Assembly (NCBI GenBank): GCA_048884785.1
Contig: JBHLQM010000039.1
Location: 1-30,770, forward strand
Direction: 5' to 3'
Origin: Candidatus Thorarchaeota archaeon
Lineage (GTDB): Archaea > Asgardarchaeota > Thorarchaeia > Thorarchaeales > Thorarchaeaceae
Length of the DNA: 30,770 bases
Positions 29,001-30,770 of this stretch are shown here, one piece after another. Numbering within the stretch: position 1 is the first letter of the stretch; each line of letters opens with the position of its first letter. Below the pieces are notes generated by a model, which did no database searches, was not told where the DNA came from, and worked only from the letters and a program-made list of their open reading frames with translations. Made by a program: the position numbers and the translations under genes.

Positions 29001-30435
29001 TGTTGGCAATCAGATCAATTGGACATGCTGGGATCGTCATCCTGGAGTCTATCAGGTCTACAGAAATGGTACAAGTCTTGATAGTGACAGCTGGTCGAAT
29101 GGTTTATGGATTCTTAATATTGATGGATTAGAACCTGGAAGTATCTATAATTTCACACTGGTACTAGGCGATCAACTTCAGAATAATTCAACAGATACAG
29201 TATTTGTTCGCGTACGGGACTTGACTCCACCAACCATCAATTCGCCCTCTGACATCTTCTATGAGTATGGCAGAATGGATGTAAACCCAATTCAGTGGAT
29301 TCCGTCTGACCTATATCTCAGTCATTATACTTTGTATCTGGATGATATCTTTATTGATACCGTACCTTGGATAGGAGGCAACATCGTTTGGGGTATAGAT
29401 GTCCTTTTGGCACCGGGTACTCACAATTTCACAGTCATAATATTCGACGTTGATTATAACAATGCATCAGATACAGTTATGGTTGAGGTGTATCCTTCAT
29501 TCCCACCAACAATAGATCATCCGATTGATGCAACCATTGAGTTGGGGACTACTAGAGTCATTACATGGAATCCATCTGATGTGTCGATAGGCAGCTATAC
29601 AATCTATGTCGATGGTATTTCCAACGATACTGGACCATGGTATGGAGAATCTATCTCTTTCAGCTTTACCAAGACTACATCAGGAACATACAATATCACA
29701 GTGAAGGTCGAAGACGCTGCAGGTAATTGGTCAAGTGATACAGTGATTATCACAATAGAGGATACCACAAATCCAGTCATCGCAGACACTGAAAACTGGA
29801 TTTGGATTCAAGGTGAACAGATACCTGCTCAAACTCTGTATTGGTATGCGTATGATTTGCAGCCTGGTACATTTTTTGTGTATCTTGATGGTAGTGAAGA
29901 TGCTAATGGTCAATGGTCCAATGGAGAAGCAATAAGCTATACATTCTCAACAATCCCAACTTGGGGGGATCATGTCGTTTTCATCTCCATTATTGATGCA
30001 GATGGTAATCTTGCAAACAGCACCGTCTTGTTCATACCGCATAGCCTGTTGGACTTTGAAGAGCCAAATGACATCACAATTGAATTTGAAGATGATGAGG
30101 CTATACAATGGACTCTGTTGGCTGGCAGTCCCAGTCAATACTGGCTTACCATCGACTACGTTTCGGTAGAGTCTGGAAATTGGACTGGTTCCGAAAAGAC
30201 TGTGAATCTTGATCAACTGCCAATTGGAATCCACCACATCTCGATTGCTGTTGTTGATACGCTCGGACTCTGGTATTCAGATGAAGTGGTGGTCAATGTC
30301 GAAGGTTCTATGCTGACAGGCACAACCCCTCATGGAGAGCCGCAAGACTATACGTGGGCTTTGATTGCGATTCCGGTCACGTTAGTTGGAGTAGTAGTAA
30401 TTATCTGTCTTATTCAGAAAAGGAAATCCAGCTAG
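23014..30435 (+). CDS. Giant cell-surface protein: 4x DUF2341-like modules, parallel beta-helix (NosD/pectin-lyase-like), ~8 Ig-like repeats, C-terminal TM anchor
   Basis: Signal peptide MTRKILILALFAMAM from GTG 23014 (the track starts at 22981); four W.YRK...DF.DIRF...WV...YYGN units; GDGTPQNPY plus Asn-ladder repeats; ~90-aa P.I..P.D...G.(Y/H)N(Y/F)T repeats; TM WALIAIPVTLVGVVVIICLI followed by QKRKSS. Confidence 0.9.
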   Translation: MTRKILILALFAMAMIVPSILITPEVFMSPASEAGDDSIPIEYESHFTSAWLLGWQYRKAHIIRGESGVGSGYQVRISVRYGSGIDSSDNVYLDSKCQTDFDDIRFTNDDQTTLLPYWRESYSSSNYANFWVKIEDSLDSDVTIFLYYGNSTATSLSDADLVFDMYDGFDRADSASVGNGWMEDEGPSPGATSISSNQLRIYQYQDYYCHIEKPAPSLSNLVFQGKLYHGSYSGASWMPSIHVYWDTYDWIRIGSGSSHQAVYNDGGNPAGYSSGSASTNTWYYYRIRLTDDYAYADYSTDGITWVNVLTHARAVSWEGPPALVLIGKGYSGSPNYPNVDLDNNYATTASIGTHYGDDVFVRKYVSSAEPNQGEWGGEVTEDSENWLSGWQYRKSHTIQGSLGAGQGYQVRVVVHYGFGTDESEHVYLGGKCNSDFSDIRFIDTTNLLQLGYWLQEKADSNYAVFWVRISKDLGSEQSFYLYYGNIFSESESNGDATFMFFDDFNDGVFDSTTWMEWSTLTAGTPSEANGLMTYTNPSGWGSLGTVNKLFPINTAFGGYGKTSADSNYWWFNRHGCGNPVTGQIAIGYDGAYGGAQYEARDVDTTYTARSTVYTSFVSFEVQWMPGKARFYEEGSLKATLTSNVPNNGDLGIGMIVSGTHTLSWDWVYIRKCIDAEPNHGEWGSEEYTAQANQPSGWLSGWEFRKILQIDAGLGAGTNYQLRFNVYYGQGVDIGSTVYCNFKCKADFSDIRFTSSNGTTVLDHWVERYTESSLAVIWVEVREDLDYNQIICFYYGNPAARSVSNGANTFLIFDDFDDGVITDWILDTPVGSITESSGTLILEIPSGVNGNWWSTTTEFAPIAYQAAPTGRWIAETKLNSYSVSTYTHAGIMLYQNRDNVIKSGRYRSTSYNRHQVERIYQDSGLGTLGYYSSTSLPSQLRIRNTGTTKYYDASVNSGSSWSQMYSSSYVTPDYVGLFVKNWGTYPLVSAPFDWFHVRKFAATEPSFGSWTPEQQKGLDDWGYYKSHIISATTGVNSGYQMKISVNFGIGVDSGENVYCNFKCKPDFDDIRFADSTRLNMLDYWRESYTLGTKATFWVELNEPLDEDRTIYMYYGNADANTTSDGFETMSRWASYNADDTESPQSTYTYLGGSTIVDQEKLFISTSGTSYSQYRIFNQILSNDDRFLRVRFQPVSLGNNMYRFQPGMFVYQTTSLQGTAYWAESLLWDDAGLWLFYTMSSGSSIQFTPLSSTHINLNHWYDVSLSVSGTSCHVMVYDENTSSTIVDTITSVYNHDSTSLYASFGQYSGPNPGTVEAWYDDIYMRKYVSTGPAHGDWGDETINEAGVTDSPILITNNQMFLYYATQGDGTPQNPYVMDGYNIRTRFTCVEIINTTAYFILANSTLSSGLSIARGWGLSLANVTNGRIVNTLIRLKEIGVLVSNCTDISIDGNSLEKNDIGISICNGSFNTTVSTNTIDDCTVSSVLLSDALLSNITQNEFSNMGLMISGSFLQNWNHNITLNTMNGKPILYLWNQRDSIYDGGTYSQVILAFCYNVTITSGQFQNVATGIMLGFTNDSLIYDNIIRGSEIYGIFIYEGQDNILANNTVSNGKGTGLWLNGAPGSQITNNSVYGLDLYGILVENSSSTVSTGLKVWQNRIGYNILGNAYDNGSSNLWDDDISIGNTWNDYGGAGVYNIPGNANSVDRYPNQLLYPSPTISGPSDFPIEFATSGNSIEWTTESSFPHRYVAYQNDTQVESSDWFGGTLLLFVDGLAVNTYNYTVIVFDHAGFNSSDSVILTVRDTLAPSISSPLPLTYDFGSTGHTLSWNMSDPSFSFYEIQRNGTHVVTGYTAAAFISIDGLDLGKHNYSITACDLYGNNASDSIWVTVIDGTFPLIDSPSDFIYEFGMTGINVTWNPSDLFPINYDVLQNGSSIQSGPWDGGQVSAIASPLIMGLHNFTVIVTDVGGNNVSDTILVTVESEAPPAMSSPDDFWYQVDTVGNQINWTCWDRHPGVYQVYRNGTSLDSDSWSNGLWILNIDGLEPGSIYNFTLVLGDQLQNNSTDTVFVRVRDLTPPTINSPSDIFYEYGRMDVNPIQWIPSDLYLSHYTLYLDDIFIDTVPWIGGNIVWGIDVLLAPGTHNFTVIIFDVDYNNASDTVMVEVYPSFPPTIDHPIDATIELGTTRVITWNPSDVSIGSYTIYVDGISNDTGPWYGESISFSFTKTTSGTYNITVKVEDAAGNWSSDTVIITIEDTTNPVIADTENWIWIQGEQIPAQTLYWYAYDLQPGTFFVYLDGSEDANGQWSNGEAISYTFSTIPTWGDHVVFISIIDADGNLANSTVLFIPHSLLDFEEPNDITIEFEDDEAIQWTLLAGSPSQYWLTIDYVSVESGNWTGSEKTVNLDQLPIGIHHISIAVVDTLGLWYSDEVVVNVEGSMLTGTTPHGEPQDYTWALIAIPVTLVGVVVIICLIQKRKSS
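23164..27030 (+). repeat. Four tandem ~310-335-aa protein modules
   Basis: Units begin at about 23164 (WLLGWQYRK), 24169 (WLSGWQYRK), 25102 (WLSGWEFRK) and 26062 (LDDWGYYK). Each ends with D...RK...(E/G)P..G.W..E. Confidence 0.85.
28150..30310 (+). repeat. About eight tandem ~90-aa Ig-like stalk repeats
   Basis: Recurrent starts PTISGPSD, PSISSPLP, PLIDSPSD, PAMSSPDD, PTINSPSD, PTIDHPID, PVIADTEN and LDFEEPND, with recurrent N-x-S/T sequons. Confidence 0.8.
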
Positions 30436-30619
30436 AATATCATAGGTCACTGACCGATAAAAGAGCTCTCTACAAGAACCAATCAACAGAAGAAGCTGCA
30501 ATAAAAACCCTTATTAATAATAAGATAACAATTGTTAATTAACTTGTGTCTCAGAAACTGAGCGCTCCTAAGTTTCCACATGATATGCGTGGTATCATAA
30601 TTAGTAGGTGAATGTTGCT

Positions 30620-30770
30620 ATGAGTACAACAGATGAGAAATTAGTCAACTCCCTTATGAAGCAAATAGAAGTTGAAAAGAGAACATTGAATATGCTTGCA
30701 GAGATTGAGGATGAGGTTTCAGAAACAGCCGTAAAGCTTGTTTTTATGGAACTAAGATTGGATTCCTGGA
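30620..30770 (+). CDS. Ferritin-like protein, 3'-truncated by the window edge (absent from the ORF track)
   Basis: ATG 30620 follows an AGGTG SD and stays open to the window end: MSTTDEKLVNSLMKQIEVEKRTLNMLAEIEDEVSETAVKLVFMELRLDSW. It aligns with the 9850 protein (KQIE.E ... DS). Confidence 0.75.
   Translation, partial: MSTTDEKLVNSLMKQIEVEKRTLNMLAEIEDEVSETAVKLVFMELRLDSW

Noticed and set aside
110-30542. Numerous 60-154-aa antisense or alternate-frame ORFs in the track (e.g. 1710-2174, 11175-11597, 14706-15125, 22320-22763)
   Set aside because: They overlap well-supported genes wholly or largely and show no motifs, consistent with shadow ORFs.
1-30770. tRNA, rRNA, CRISPR array, transposase/integrase, or reverse transcriptase (DGR) to explain the variable surface domains
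   Set aside because: None recognised by eye. The repeats are diverged protein-level repeats, and no near-identical template/variable repeat pair was seen.

Overview
Gene-dense archaeal chromosomal window with TATA-like boxes, GGAGGTG-type Shine-Dalgarno sites and ATGA/TAATG gene overlaps. The gene families suggest an Asgard archaeon, most likely Thorarchaeia-like; this is an inference from the 24-aa 'IDLxPL' LRR proteins, the PAS/GAF kinase and the giant DUF2341/beta-helix/Ig surface protein. Contents in order: a partial LRR gene; a thiol-redox module (protein-disulfide oxidoreductase, thioredoxin reductase, monothiol glutaredoxin) divergent from a FIST-PAS-GAF histidine kinase; a coupled LRR plus helical-protein pair; a ferritin-like protein ending in GG; a calcium-transport trio (SERCA-like P-type ATPase, peroxiredoxin-fold protein lacking the peroxidatic Cys, CaCA exchanger with a CxxC loop); iorAB; a second TrxR-like flavoprotein lacking the NADPH motifs; a coupled two-gene operon encoding a receptor-like type I membrane protein with a large cytoplasmic alpha-solenoid plus a membrane-anchored acidic disordered partner; a ~2470-aa surface protein with four cassette-like DUF2341 modules, one carrying a GC-shifted insert; and the start of a second ferritin-like gene. 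No rRNA, tRNA, CRISPR array or transposase was recognised. All family assignments come from motif recognition by eye, not database searches.
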